DNA from: Pseudomonadota bacterium | GTDB lineage: Bacteria; Pseudomonadota; Gammaproteobacteria; Pseudomonadales; UBA7434 | DNA: 64,000 nt | Assembly: GCA_036344075.1 (NCBI GenBank) | Contig: JAYYUJ010000011.1 | Span: 2,794 to 66,793, forward strand | Reading direction: 5' to 3' | Shown here: in pieces, positions 28,744-38,306 of the stretch | Layout of the letters: each line of letters starts with the position of its first letter | Position numbering within the stretch: the first letter of the stretch is position 1 | The notes under the pieces: model-generated | Databases searched by the model: none | Told to the model about the DNA's origin: nothing | The model's input: only the letters and a program-made list of their open reading frames with translations | Position numbers and translations under genes: made by a program

Positions 28744-29571
28744 CTATTGATTGGTATATGATTTTAGTTTATTAGCACCATAAAACATCTCAATTGACTC
28801 GCTAAAGTCGGCACCTTTTTGATTGCCGGCACCCCCACAAACACCCAAGATCTGTCCAGTCGTCCACTTACCCATATCAGAGGCAAAATAAAGGACGCCA
28901 TCAGCAATTTCTTCGGGCGTGCCGGCACGGCTCAAATCAGATTCTTCTATGTAATTATCTTGCATGCTTTGTGGTAGCGATGCAGCAACAATTTCGGTCG
29001 GTACCATGCCAGGGCGAATACAGTTAACCCGAATACCAAAAGGACCTAGCTCTAAGGCCGCATTTTTAACTAACATTTCCGCACCCGCCTTGCTGACGCT
29101 ATACGGACCCATAAACTTACTCGGTGCCGCACCTTCTATTGAGGAAATAGAAATAATACTGCCACCAATGGCTTTCATTTTGATCGCCGCATGTTTAATG
29201 CTCAGCAAATTGCCAATAATATTTAAATCTAACAGACTACTCCAGGCTGCAACATCAGCATCAATCACGGCATTCGGTAATCCTGTCCCAGCATTTGAAA
29301 CCATTACATCAAGCTGACCTTGGTCATTACACGCCGCTGCAACAGCGGCTTCAACCTGCTCCTCAACTGTCACATCACAGGTTTTAAAGCGCACTTCGCC
29401 GGCATAGCCTAAGGCTGACAGCTTATCCGCGGCTGTCTGTAAAACTTCTTCGCGACGACCGACAATCGTAACACTAGCAGCATCTTGCTCTAAGAATCGT
29501 TGCGCCACGCCAAAACCTAGACCTGTTCCACCGCCGGTGACTATGGTGTATTTACCACTTAATAAACCCAT
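28744..29571 (-). CDS. Short-chain dehydrogenase/reductase
   Basis: It contains TGGGTGLGFG and YSVSKAGA. I trimmed the start to the ATG at 29571, which follows GAGGAAG. The ORF track uses a TTG at 29604. Confidence 0.8.
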   Translation of the reverse strand: MGLLSGKYTIVTGGGTGLGFGVAQRFLEQDAASVTIVGRREEVLQTAADKLSALGYAGEVRFKTCDVTVEEQVEAAVAAACNDQGQLDVMVSNAGTGLPNAVIDADVAAWSSLLDLNIIGNLLSIKHAAIKMKAIGGSIISISSIEGAAPSKFMGPYSVSKAGAEMLVKNAALELGPFGIRVNCIRPGMVPTEIVAASLPQSMQDNYIEESDLSRAGTPEEIADGVLYFASDMGKWTTGQILGVCGGAGNQKGADFSESIEMFYGANKLKSYTNQ

Positions 29572-29728
29572 TGATTCTTCCTCGATTATGCTTGGCGTTA
29601 ACAAATAGCTAGTTCATTAAAAACTCATTTGAGTCTATGCTGACAAATAACTATTGTCCTTGTTTTTTTAAGGTGATTTGGTTAAAGATTTATAAGATTG
29701 ACAGAAAAAGGGCTCAAACAATAATTAA

Positions 29729-30589
29729 CTAATCAAAAATCACGGTTTTATTGCCATCAACTATGACCCTGTCTTCAAGATGATAACGCAAGCCCTGGGC
29801 TAATACGCGGGCCTCAACATCTTTGCCTAAGCGCACCATATCATCGCGGTCATGCTTATGACCAACACGAGCGACATCTTGTTCAAGAATGGGACCCTCA
29901 TCAAGGTCATCAGTCACATAGTGGCAGGTAGCACCAATTAATTTAACACCTCGCTCGAAAGCCTTTTGATACGGATTTGCGCCAATAAATGACGGTAAAA
30001 AACTGTGATGAATATTTATCACTTGTCGCGGATAACGCGCACAAAGATCAGGCGGAAAAATCTGCATATAACGGGCTAAAACAATCGTGTCAGCTTGGTA
30101 GAGTTGTATCAGTCGATCTATTTCTGCAAACCCAGCAGCTTTAGCCTCGGGCTCTTTTGCCATCGGTACATAATAGAAAGGAATGTTGTGCCACTCAACC
30201 ATACTACGCAAATTTTCGTGGTTTGATATCACACAGGGTACATCACAGAGCAGATCACCACTGCGCCAGCGATGCAATAAATCGGCTAAGCAATGAGAAG
30301 CATGGCTTGCCAGCAAGAGCACTTGGCGACGTTGATTGGAATCACGCAAGTACCATGACATTTTATGTGCATCGGCAATGACTTGAAATTGCTGCTTGAA
30401 GGCGTCAAAACTAACCGATAATGACTGGGCGCTAATTTCATTTCGCATGAAGAATTGACCTGAGACAGGGTCAGTGTGGTAGTTCGCTTCGAGTAATGAA
30501 CCGCCTTGTTCAGCGATGAAGGCACTCACTTTAGCCACTATGCCCACTTGGTCAGGACAGGCAATCACTAAGCGATAACTATGTTCCAC
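29729..30589 (-). CDS. purU: Formyltetrahydrofolate deformylase
   Basis: The N-terminal ACT domain contains ACPDQVGIVAKVS, and the formyltransferase core reads INIHHSFLPSFIGANPY..GATCHYVTDDLDEGPI. I chose the GTG at 30589, which follows AGGAG, as the start. The ORF track extends to 30613. Confidence 0.9.
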   Translation of the reverse strand: MEHSYRLVIACPDQVGIVAKVSAFIAEQGGSLLEANYHTDPVSGQFFMRNEISAQSLSVSFDAFKQQFQVIADAHKMSWYLRDSNQRRQVLLLASHASHCLADLLHRWRSGDLLCDVPCVISNHENLRSMVEWHNIPFYYVPMAKEPEAKAAGFAEIDRLIQLYQADTIVLARYMQIFPPDLCARYPRQVINIHHSFLPSFIGANPYQKAFERGVKLIGATCHYVTDDLDEGPILEQDVARVGHKHDRDDMVRLGKDVEARVLAQGLRYHLEDRVIVDGNKTVIFD

Positions 30590-30681
30590 AACGCTACTCC
30601 TCGTAAACTCCACTTAATCTGACTATTTTTTGAACTATATCAGTATTTTTGGCCAGCTCATAGTCTTATTTGACCAAGCAA

Positions 30682-32994
30682 TTAGCGGTGTTTTAACTGC
30701 CAGCACTGATGTGCAGGTCGCCCTCTATCAAAGTCAGGGTCTAAAGTAGCCCGTGTTAAATCTTTAACCGCGAATTTACGAGCCAATTCAGCCGCAAACT
30801 TAAAGCCTCGTTTATTAGTTGAGAAGTATAGACTACCCTCTGCCGTTAGGCGACGCATTGCCAAGCTAATCAAATCGATATGATCTCGGCTAATATCCAT
30901 CGTGTGCTTCATTCGCTTAGAGTTAGAGAAGCTGGGAGGATCAAGCAAGATGCAATCAAAGCTCTCATCGGCTGTTTTTAGCCACTCACTACAATCGGCT
31001 CTGAGTAATTCATGCCGCTCAGCGTCAATCTCATTGAGTTGATAATTGTGCCGCGTCCAGTTCAAATAACTATTCGACATATCAATACTAAGACTATGAC
31101 TGGCGCCGGCTTTAGCCGCATAGACTGAAGCAGAACCGGTATAACTGAACAAGTTTAGAAAGCTCTTACCTCTAACCTCCTTGGCGATTAATGAACGAAC
31201 TGGACGATGATCTAAAAATAAGCCGCTATCTAAATAGCGCTGTAAATTTATCTTAAATGCATGGCCATGCTCTAACACGACCAAGCTTTGATCTGCATCA
31301 TCAGTCTTCTTATACTGAGTATTACCGCGCTGACGTTCTCGTCGCTTAAGGTAGATTTTCTCAAGAGGACATTCAAACACCGCCGAAACAGCGGCGATGG
31401 CATCTTTGACCCGTTTACGCGCTGAAACGGCATCAATCGTTGCTGGCGGTGCATATTCCTGTAAATGTATATGCAATTCAGGTTGCACCAGAGGTATTCG
31501 TCTAGGCAAGGGTGTTGGGATATTTTTATAGGGGCTCGCCCCTCTATTTTTTACAGGATAAGCACCGCTACCATAATCAGAATCTCGGGCTAATTTTTCG
31601 ACAGCCACATAACAATCAATTGCCATCGCGTACTCTGGCAGATCGGCATCATAAACACGATAACAGGCATTGGATTGTTTTTTGAGCCAAGGCTTTAAAC
31701 GTCGTCTGTTTTTTTTCAAGCGATTCGCCAACATGACAGCGTTATCACCTAAATCGTCAATTGATAGAACTTTTTTTTCTTTATCTATCTGATCAACTGC
31801 AATGTTTCTTTCATCGACACGGTAACGCTGTAGCTGGCATTCAATCGTACCATTGTAAAGCCTATGCTGCCGCCAACTGCGAAACCCCGTTTGCCAACCT
31901 AACGCTCTATTACCAGTGAAGACACTAGCCTGCCAACCCATACAGAACTGTTTAAGCAAGCGACCTAGCTGCTGATAGACTGGGATTAATTCATCGACTT
32001 CACCTAAACGCTCGCCATAAGGTGGATTTACCACTAAGAGACCTGGCACGATGTCATCCGGCAAAGATAAGCGGTCGATCGCCATCACCTTAACGGTTAA
32101 ACAATCCGACAAACCAGCTAATGCAATATTTTCATTTGCCTGCGCAACAATCCCTGGGTCTATATCGAAACCAAGCAGCGTATTCTTCAGTTGGTTATAA
32201 GCTTGCTCCGCTGCAAGTGTTTGTAGCTTTATGGCCTGTTGCCAAACCGTATCGTCATAAGTAGAGAGCTGAGTTAAACACCAATGACCATTGCCCACCA
32301 AACCACGTGTGCGCAAAAAGGTCGGCGGGATATTGGCCGCAATAAGTGCAGCCTCAATTAATAGCGTACCGGAACCGCACATAGGGTCGACAAGACTACC
32401 ACCTGATTCTGCAATCGCAGGCCAATCACTTTGCAGTAAAATCGCCGCGGCTAAATTTTCTTTTAAAGGTGCTGCACCCCCTCGATTTCTGTAGCCTCTC
32501 TGATGCAAGCTCTCGCCAACCAAATCAAGAGCCAATGTAAAGCGGCCATTGAACAAGCGAGCATAAACCAAAATATCAGGTCGCTGCTCATCAATCACTA
32601 GACGCTGATTAGTGCTGTTTAAAAAGCTATCATTGATGGCATCTTTAACGCGCTTTGCGCCAAATCGAGCATCTCGAATGTCCGCCGATGTCCCATTAAA
32701 ATCAACTAATAATGTTTTGTTGGCAGTAAAATAGCTGCTCCAAGATAAGGCATTGACACTGTCGTAAAGTGCTTGCTCAGAATCGATTCGATTGCGCAGT
32801 AATAATAGCGCAACACGATTTGCTAGACGCGACCATAAACAGACCTGATAAGCCACAGCGAGGTCAGCTTCAAAATAACAAGCCGCCACGGACTCCTGAA
32901 CACTAATTACCCCCAGTCGAGCCAACTCTAAAGCTAATTGATGCTCTAAGCCTTTTGGACAAGTAGCAATGTATGACTGAAAAGATGTACTCAC
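30682..32994 (-). CDS. rlmL: Bifunctional 23S rRNA methyltransferase RlmKL (m2G2445/m7G2069)
   Basis: 770 aa with a THUMP domain and two SAM-MTase domains. Motifs include DPMCGSGTLLIEA, VNPPYGERLG and DPPSFSNSK. The GTG start abuts the pyrD stop. The interdomain linker is about 40 aa longer than in E. coli. Confidence 0.9.
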   Translation of the reverse strand: MSTSFQSYIATCPKGLEHQLALELARLGVISVQESVAACYFEADLAVAYQVCLWSRLANRVALLLLRNRIDSEQALYDSVNALSWSSYFTANKTLLVDFNGTSADIRDARFGAKRVKDAINDSFLNSTNQRLVIDEQRPDILVYARLFNGRFTLALDLVGESLHQRGYRNRGGAAPLKENLAAAILLQSDWPAIAESGGSLVDPMCGSGTLLIEAALIAANIPPTFLRTRGLVGNGHWCLTQLSTYDDTVWQQAIKLQTLAAEQAYNQLKNTLLGFDIDPGIVAQANENIALAGLSDCLTVKVMAIDRLSLPDDIVPGLLVVNPPYGERLGEVDELIPVYQQLGRLLKQFCMGWQASVFTGNRALGWQTGFRSWRQHRLYNGTIECQLQRYRVDERNIAVDQIDKEKKVLSIDDLGDNAVMLANRLKKNRRRLKPWLKKQSNACYRVYDADLPEYAMAIDCYVAVEKLARDSDYGSGAYPVKNRGASPYKNIPTPLPRRIPLVQPELHIHLQEYAPPATIDAVSARKRVKDAIAAVSAVFECPLEKIYLKRRERQRGNTQYKKTDDADQSLVVLEHGHAFKINLQRYLDSGLFLDHRPVRSLIAKEVRGKSFLNLFSYTGSASVYAAKAGASHSLSIDMSNSYLNWTRHNYQLNEIDAERHELLRADCSEWLKTADESFDCILLDPPSFSNSKRMKHTMDISRDHIDLISLAMRRLTAEGSLYFSTNKRGFKFAAELARKFAVKDLTRATLDPDFDRGRPAHQCWQLKHR

Positions 32995-34032
32995 CTACCT
33001 TTCCTGACGAGCTAATTGAATAGCCTTAGCGGAGTCGCGAACAATTCTAGGACCTTGATATATCAAGCCAGTGTAAATCTGCACTAAGTCTGCACCTGCT
33101 GCAATTTTAGCTGCCGCATGCTCGCCTGAATGAATGCCCCCAACACCAATAATCGCTATTTGACCATCGATATGATCTGCTAGCTTTGCAACCACTTCCG
33201 TCGAGCGCTCAAATAACACCTGGCCGCTTAAGCCACCGGCTTGATGCCCGTTTCGATGGTCTTCAACCAAACGCTTATCCGTAGTGGTATTAGTCGCAAT
33301 AATGCCATCGATACCCTGCTCTATCAGTTGGTCGGCGACGCTAAAAAGGTCAGCGTCCGCCATATCAGGAGCAATTTTAACCAATAGAGGGACACATTTA
33401 CCCTCACGCTCCGCAAACTCAGTGCGAGCCTGTACCACTTTCGCTAACAATGCCGCTAATTCATCGCCAAACTGTAAGTCACGTAAACCCGGCGTATTAG
33501 GTGATGACAAGTTAATCGTAATATAGTCTGCTAAAGGCGCCACGGCAGCGATACATTGCAAGTAATCATCCGCCGCATCTTCTGCCGAGGTTAATTTATT
33601 TTTGCCAATATTAATTCCCAGAGGACAGTTAATCCCTAATTGACGCGCATGCTTAACACGATCGATAAGGGCGTCTAAACCACTGTTATTAAAGCCCATA
33701 CGATTAATTATCGCTTGATGTTTAGACAATCGAAACATACGTGGCTTAGGGTTACCCGCCTGCGGCTTAGGGGTAACGGTACCAATTTCTAAAAATCCAA
33801 AACCCAGAGACGCCAAGCCACGTATAGCCGTGCCATTTTTATCCAATCCTGCAGATAAACCCACTCGGTTAGGAAACTGAAGACCAAGTATTTCTAAGGG
33901 GTCTTCAACCCTGCCAGGCATCAACCTATCGGCTAGCCCACTATTACCGACTAAGCTCAAGCTACTCATCGTTAAATCGTGAGCCCATTCGGGATCGAGA
34001 GAAAACAATAATGGTCTGACCAACTTATACAT
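32995..34032 (-). CDS. pyrD: Dihydroorotate dehydrogenase (quinone), class 2
   Basis: MYKLVRPLLFSLDPEWAHDLT matches the E. coli PyrD N-terminus. Other motifs include GFNNSG and NLSSPNTPGLR. The start was trimmed to the ATG at 34032. Confidence 0.92.
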   Translation of the reverse strand: MYKLVRPLLFSLDPEWAHDLTMSSLSLVGNSGLADRLMPGRVEDPLEILGLQFPNRVGLSAGLDKNGTAIRGLASLGFGFLEIGTVTPKPQAGNPKPRMFRLSKHQAIINRMGFNNSGLDALIDRVKHARQLGINCPLGINIGKNKLTSAEDAADDYLQCIAAVAPLADYITINLSSPNTPGLRDLQFGDELAALLAKVVQARTEFAEREGKCVPLLVKIAPDMADADLFSVADQLIEQGIDGIIATNTTTDKRLVEDHRNGHQAGGLSGQVLFERSTEVVAKLADHIDGQIAIIGVGGIHSGEHAAAKIAAGADLVQIYTGLIYQGPRIVRDSAKAIQLARQER

Positions 34033-34485
34033 AGGCGCTACAAAAAATATGATTATCACTGAAAATTCTTATTAGTTTACCATGGCTTGTGACGCTAAGC
34101 AGTTGTCATCTGTGTTAAATAAGGCCGACTCATCGTTAATCACCCCAAAAAATAAAAGTTACTTATAAGAATAACTCTTTTTAGCTAGACTCCAGCTTAC
34201 AAAACTAGCCGTTCGGCACTGTGATAAAGACTGACCATCGCTTCGCATCTTCAGATCAATACATAAGGTGCCACTTCTTTCCCTGCAAAAAAAAAGATAA
34301 CCAATAAAAAAGGTTTTTTTCCCTAAACACCATAATTACTTTTAACTAACAGATTCAAAAGCTTTATAATAACTCAAATAACGACCTAACTTTGCCCTAT
34401 TTCGCTGTCAATATAAGCAAGAGCATGGCAAGCTGTGATTAATTGATGAATAAACCAGCCATAACGCTTCGAGATAAAAGTTACT

Positions 34486-35133
34486 ATGAAAAAAAGTAGT
34501 TCAGCAAAACCAGCAAGTAAACAGCCAACTATTCAGGAAGAGCTAGGAGTCAAATTAATGACCGCTAAGCACCCCGTAATCAAGAAGCTTAAAAAAGAAC
34601 ACCCTACTTCTATTCATGGCGATAAATTTTGGAGTTCCAGTTATTTGCTAATGGATTATTTGAATGATAATCCGCCCAAGAAGAACACGAACATCCTCGA
34701 AATCGGCTGTGGCTGGGGGCTAACAGCGATCTATTGCAGCAAACGATTTAAATGTGACGTTACAGGTGTTGATGCTGATCCCGATGTATTCCCATACTTA
34801 CAAGCTCATGCGGGTTTAAATGAAGTTTACATCAAACCACTAGTTAAAACATTTGATCAACTAGATGTGGAAACATTATCTCAATATGATCTTATTATTG
34901 GTGGTGATATATGTTTTTGGGACAGCCTAAATAACACTTTATTTAATTTATTCAAACGCGCTAAAAAAGCAGGTGTTAAAAAGGCAATTATTGCTGATCC
35001 CCAACGACAGCCATTTGTTGATCTCTGCGCGAGACTGGACGACAATTTCAGCCACGAAGTTTGGGATTGGGAATTACCAGAGCCTACGCCAGCTAACGGC
35101 GATATTTTGATTGTCGACTTTGACAAAAGCTAA
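34486..35133 (+). CDS. Class I SAM-dependent methyltransferase
   Basis: 215 aa. Motif I reads ILEIGCGWGLTAIY and the post-I region reads VTGVDAD. Confidence 0.7.
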   Translation: MKKSSSAKPASKQPTIQEELGVKLMTAKHPVIKKLKKEHPTSIHGDKFWSSSYLLMDYLNDNPPKKNTNILEIGCGWGLTAIYCSKRFKCDVTGVDADPDVFPYLQAHAGLNEVYIKPLVKTFDQLDVETLSQYDLIIGGDICFWDSLNNTLFNLFKRAKKAGVKKAIIADPQRQPFVDLCARLDDNFSHEVWDWELPEPTPANGDILIVDFDKS

Positions 35134-35168
35134 ACACATTTGCTTCAAACAAAAATTGATGACTTACT

Positions 35169-35666
35169 ATGATCAAAGTTAGCCGTAAAACTGTCGGTGA
35201 AGATACCATTAACACTCTCATCCTATCGCCCGATAGGTCGCTAGATTGGGACGGCAATAAACGTGTTATTTGGTCATTAGGCAGCATTTGTATCGGTATT
35301 GCCATGGGCTTTACCATTATTGCTGGGGCCTGGGTAATGCTACCCTTCGCTGGTCTTGAAGTGTTGATCCTAAGCCTTGCGCTCTACTACGTGTCTTGGA
35401 AACTTAGCTACCGGCATATCTTAACCCTCAATAAAAAACAACTGATTGTTGAAAAAGGTGTCTACCGGCCTAAAGGGAAATGGGTGTGGGAAAAACAAAC
35501 CACGCGGTTAGTGACTACAACCGCTAAACATGACTGGGAAGCACATGGATTAACACTTATCAACAATAACGAAAAAGTCAATATTGGCGATTTCCTGAGC
35601 CAGAGTGACAGCAATGAATTGATTACCTTTTTAAAAGGCGAGATACTGGTTACTCAATCTTTTTGA
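35169..35666 (+). CDS. DUF2244-like integral membrane protein
   Basis: 165 aa. It has two adjacent TM helices (ICIGIAMGFTIIAGAWVMLPFAGLEVLILSLALYYV) followed by a soluble tail. Confidence 0.5.
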   Translation: MIKVSRKTVGEDTINTLILSPDRSLDWDGNKRVIWSLGSICIGIAMGFTIIAGAWVMLPFAGLEVLILSLALYYVSWKLSYRHILTLNKKQLIVEKGVYRPKGKWVWEKQTTRLVTTTAKHDWEAHGLTLINNNEKVNIGDFLSQSDSNELITFLKGEILVTQSF

Positions 35667-35739
35667 TCAGCTTCGAAAACTTGCCGCAACCAAGGCTAAC
35701 ATTGCACTCTCTAGACCCGCTTGCATCGGATAATCAAAT

Positions 35740-36504
35740 GTGAATTTATTGTTACTCGATTCATTAGAACTGTCACCTGACAACTGCACAACATTGTGCG
35801 GAAGAAGAGCCGAACATATCTGCAATACCCTAAATGCCCAAGTGGGCAATTCATTGAGCGCAGGCATTATTAATGGTGAGTATGGAAACGCAGAGATTAC
35901 TCATATTAATACTGAAAAAAAAGAAGTCAGCTTGCACTTTACACCCAATAAAAAAAAATCACAGCAACAAAGTCCCACCACACTTCCCGTCACCATGATC
36001 ATTGCCTTGCCACGGCCGAAAGTCGCCAAGCGACTTATTGCAGTCTGCGCAGAATGTGGAGTAAAAGAACTGCATTTCATTAATAGCTTTCGTGTAGAAA
36101 AAAGCTTTTGGCAGAGCCCACAGCTGAATACTGAAAACATCCAACAGCAATTACTGCTCGGGCTTGAACAAAGCAAAGATACCGCCCTCCCAGTTGTCAG
36201 CCTACACTCAAAGTTTAAACCATTTGTTGAAGATAAATTGGCTGCTATTCGCGGCAATAAAGACTGCTTTGTTGCACACCCCTACAATGCCGACCTAACA
36301 TTAAATAATCTGAACGACCGAGCCACCATTGGAGCATCTGGTCACGTCGTCATTATTGGGCCCGAGGGAGGATTTATCCCATATGAAGTGGCTTTATTAC
36401 AAGAAAATGCCTGCCAAACACTTTCAATGGGTCCGCGTATATACCGCGTAGAAACGGTTGTACCGATGTTAATCGCTCTTTTCGGGAACAGCTCAATCAG
36501 CTAG
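35740..36504 (+). CDS. rsmE: 16S rRNA (uracil1498-N3)-methyltransferase RsmE family (SPOUT)
   Basis: 254 aa. It contains ALPRPKV, IIGPEGGF and MGPRIYRVETVVPMLIA. It uses a GTG start. Confidence 0.75.
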   Translation: MNLLLLDSLELSPDNCTTLCGRRAEHICNTLNAQVGNSLSAGIINGEYGNAEITHINTEKKEVSLHFTPNKKKSQQQSPTTLPVTMIIALPRPKVAKRLIAVCAECGVKELHFINSFRVEKSFWQSPQLNTENIQQQLLLGLEQSKDTALPVVSLHSKFKPFVEDKLAAIRGNKDCFVAHPYNADLTLNNLNDRATIGASGHVVIIGPEGGFIPYEVALLQENACQTLSMGPRIYRVETVVPMLIALFGNSSIS

Positions 36505-36554
36505 CATTTAAGATAATTAAGGCCTTAATTAAGTGAAGCTTTGAATGTTTAAAC

Positions 36555-37193
36555 CTAGGCTTGATACACCAAGCCTAGCCCCCCAAGCCCACAATAACCA
36601 TTAGGGTTTTTCGCTAAATATTGCTGATGATAGCCTTCGGCAAAATAAAATATCGGCGCTGGAATAATTTCAGTCGTAATCTGTGCAAACCCAGCAGCGG
36701 TTAATTGCTGCTGAAAATTGGATTTGGATAACAAAGCATCCGCTAGCTGGCCATCATAGGTATAAATTCCTGAACGATACTGGGTTCCCATGTCGTTACC
36801 TTGGCGCATGCCTTGAGTCGGGTTATGACTCTCCCAAAACAATGCCAACAACTGCTGGTAGCTAACTTGATCAGGATCAAAAATAATTGCAACCACCTCA
36901 TTATGCCCCGTCATACCACTACAGACTTCTTCGTAACTAGGGTTAGCTGTTGAGCCTGCTGCATAACCAACAGCGGTTAAATAAACACCTGATAATTCCC
37001 AAAATTTTCGCTCTGCCCCCCAAAAACATCCCAGGCCGAACATCGCCTGCTGACAACCCTCTGGCCTATCAAGCTCACCATTACTGCCCAACATCGGATG
37101 ATGATTAACATAATGCCTTTCTGGAACAGCTATACGCTGAGTTCTGCCTGGCAAAGCATCCGCGGGCGCCACCAATACACTTTTATCAAACAT
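36555..37193 (-). CDS. msrA: Peptide-methionine (S)-S-oxide reductase
   Basis: It contains [13 protein letters not shown] and [24 protein letters not shown] aligns to the E. coli MsrA N-terminus, so I trimmed the start to 37193. The ORF track extends to 37268 and would overlap the upstream gene. Confidence 0.9.
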   Translation of the reverse strand: MFDKSVLVAPADALPGRTQRIAVPERHYVNHHPMLGSNGELDRPEGCQQAMFGLGCFWGAERKFWELSGVYLTAVGYAAGSTANPSYEEVCSGMTGHNEVVAIIFDPDQVSYQQLLALFWESHNPTQGMRQGNDMGTQYRSGIYTYDGQLADALLSKSNFQQQLTAAGFAQITTEIIPAPIFYFAEGYHQQYLAKNPNGYCGLGGLGLVYQA

Positions 37194-37252
37194 ACTTTTT
37201 ACCTTACTAAACGGTTTGATGATTCGATTAATCATACGTTTTACCTCGATGA

Positions 37253-38011
37253 TTAGTTTAGCCGCCAATCTAACTTCTCTGTATAACGAAGTGGGACACT
37301 CTCATAACAAGCTAGCCGAGCTCGAGAACTACTTTTCAATGCCAATGCTAGACGATAGTCATTCTCTGGGGTGAGCGACCAAAACTGCCAATCATCCGGA
37401 CAATCATTTAGGCATGGCCTCATGCTAATGCGAATGGTATTTTCTGATGTGATAGAAAAACCAAAGTTAGCTAAACCTAAGCTAATCCCCTCACCTCGCG
37501 CTTTTATATAAGCCTCTTTTAAGGTCCAGTAATCAAAAAAGCGCTCTCGCTGTTCGCTAGGGCTAAACGCCTGTAGTTCTTTGAGTTCGGCGCCGTAAAA
37601 ATAACGATCAGCAACAGCCATGACATCATTATTTCTTGGAGTATATTCAATATCGATACCGACAGGTTCTGATGAAAGAGCCAATATAACCCAATCGCCG
37701 GCATGACTCACATTAAATGTAACCTGCTCGGCCATCGGCTGCATTGAGGGAGCCAATTGGGGCTTGCCATGCTTACCTCGTTCTAACTCAATAGCATCAG
37801 GCGGCAAAGATACCGCCTTACCTAACTCGGTTCGCAACAGTGCCCTACTGATAAGATCTCGATGACGATCTTTAGCAAACCGAAATCGCTGGTTACGGTC
37901 TAACTCAGACTTGCTAAGAATAGTTCTATAAGCCGTTATAGCAGCCTTGTCAATCCGCGAGCAACGAGTGACAAATAATGTTATGACCGGTTGAGGGAGT
38001 AAGTCTTTCAA
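37253..38011 (-). CDS. 4'-phosphopantetheinyl transferase, Sfp/EntD type
   Basis: 252 aa. It contains [19 protein letters not shown] and [14 protein letters not shown]. Confidence 0.8.
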   Translation of the reverse strand: MKDLLPQPVITLFVTRCSRIDKAAITAYRTILSKSELDRNQRFRFAKDRHRDLISRALLRTELGKAVSLPPDAIELERGKHGKPQLAPSMQPMAEQVTFNVSHAGDWVILALSSEPVGIDIEYTPRNNDVMAVADRYFYGAELKELQAFSPSEQRERFFDYWTLKEAYIKARGEGISLGLANFGFSITSENTIRISMRPCLNDCPDDWQFWSLTPENDYRLALALKSSSRARLACYESVPLRYTEKLDWRLN

Positions 38012-38067
38012 GCACCTATATTCCTTTGTTATTGACGAGTTTCAGCAGCATGTCGCGCCAGCTGCTA

Positions 38068-38247
38068 TTAGAAAAAGTAATGGCGAATAATTTGTATCAC
38101 TAACAATAAAAACAACAAAGGGATAATCCATCGAGAAAAACGGGCCGTTTGATGGTCAGACATAGGCTTAGCAAAACGTCCTAGAATAAATACCAGCAAC
38201 GCTAAAGTGACAAACAAAAAAAACAATAGAGTAAAAAGATTTTCCAT
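38068..38247 (-). CDS. Small hypothetical membrane protein (59 aa, two predicted TM helices)
   Basis: It falls below the ORF-track cut-off. My translation reads MENLFTLLFFLFVTLALLVFILGRFAKPMSDHQTARFSRWIIPLLFLLLVIQIIRHYFF*. It lies between ampE and the PPTase gene on the same strand. I see no clear SD sequence. Confidence 0.35.
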   Translation of the reverse strand: MENLFTLLFFLFVTLALLVFILGRFAKPMSDHQTARFSRWIIPLLFLLLVIQIIRHYFF

Positions 38248-38306
38248 TTTTTTCCCTTAAAAAACACTTTCAAATACTTAAAAATACTTTTCAGTAAAAA
38301 ATTTAA

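Noticed and set aside
31520-31550. A GC hairpin flanked by A/T runs inside rlmL, considered as a possible MITE/REP insertion
   Set aside because: I found no terminal inverted repeats or target duplication. The segment is in-frame and sits in a naturally variable linker.
35093-35867. Minus-strand ORFs 35093-35317 and 35667-35867, which overlap the methyltransferase, DUF2244 and rsmE genes
   Set aside because: They are antisense to better-supported plus-strand genes and have no motifs.
36514-36531. A perfect 18-nt palindrome TAATTAAGGCCTTAATTA between convergent rsmE and msrA, considered as a bidirectional terminator
   Set aside because: The stem is almost entirely A-T with a 4-nt GGCC loop and no U-tract. 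It is too weak to call a terminator, and I can support no other function.
36555-37268. The long form of msrA, with 25 extra N-terminal residues
   Set aside because: The extension overlaps the upstream PPTase gene. The conserved MsrA N-terminus ([14 protein letters not shown]) begins at the internal ATG at 37193.
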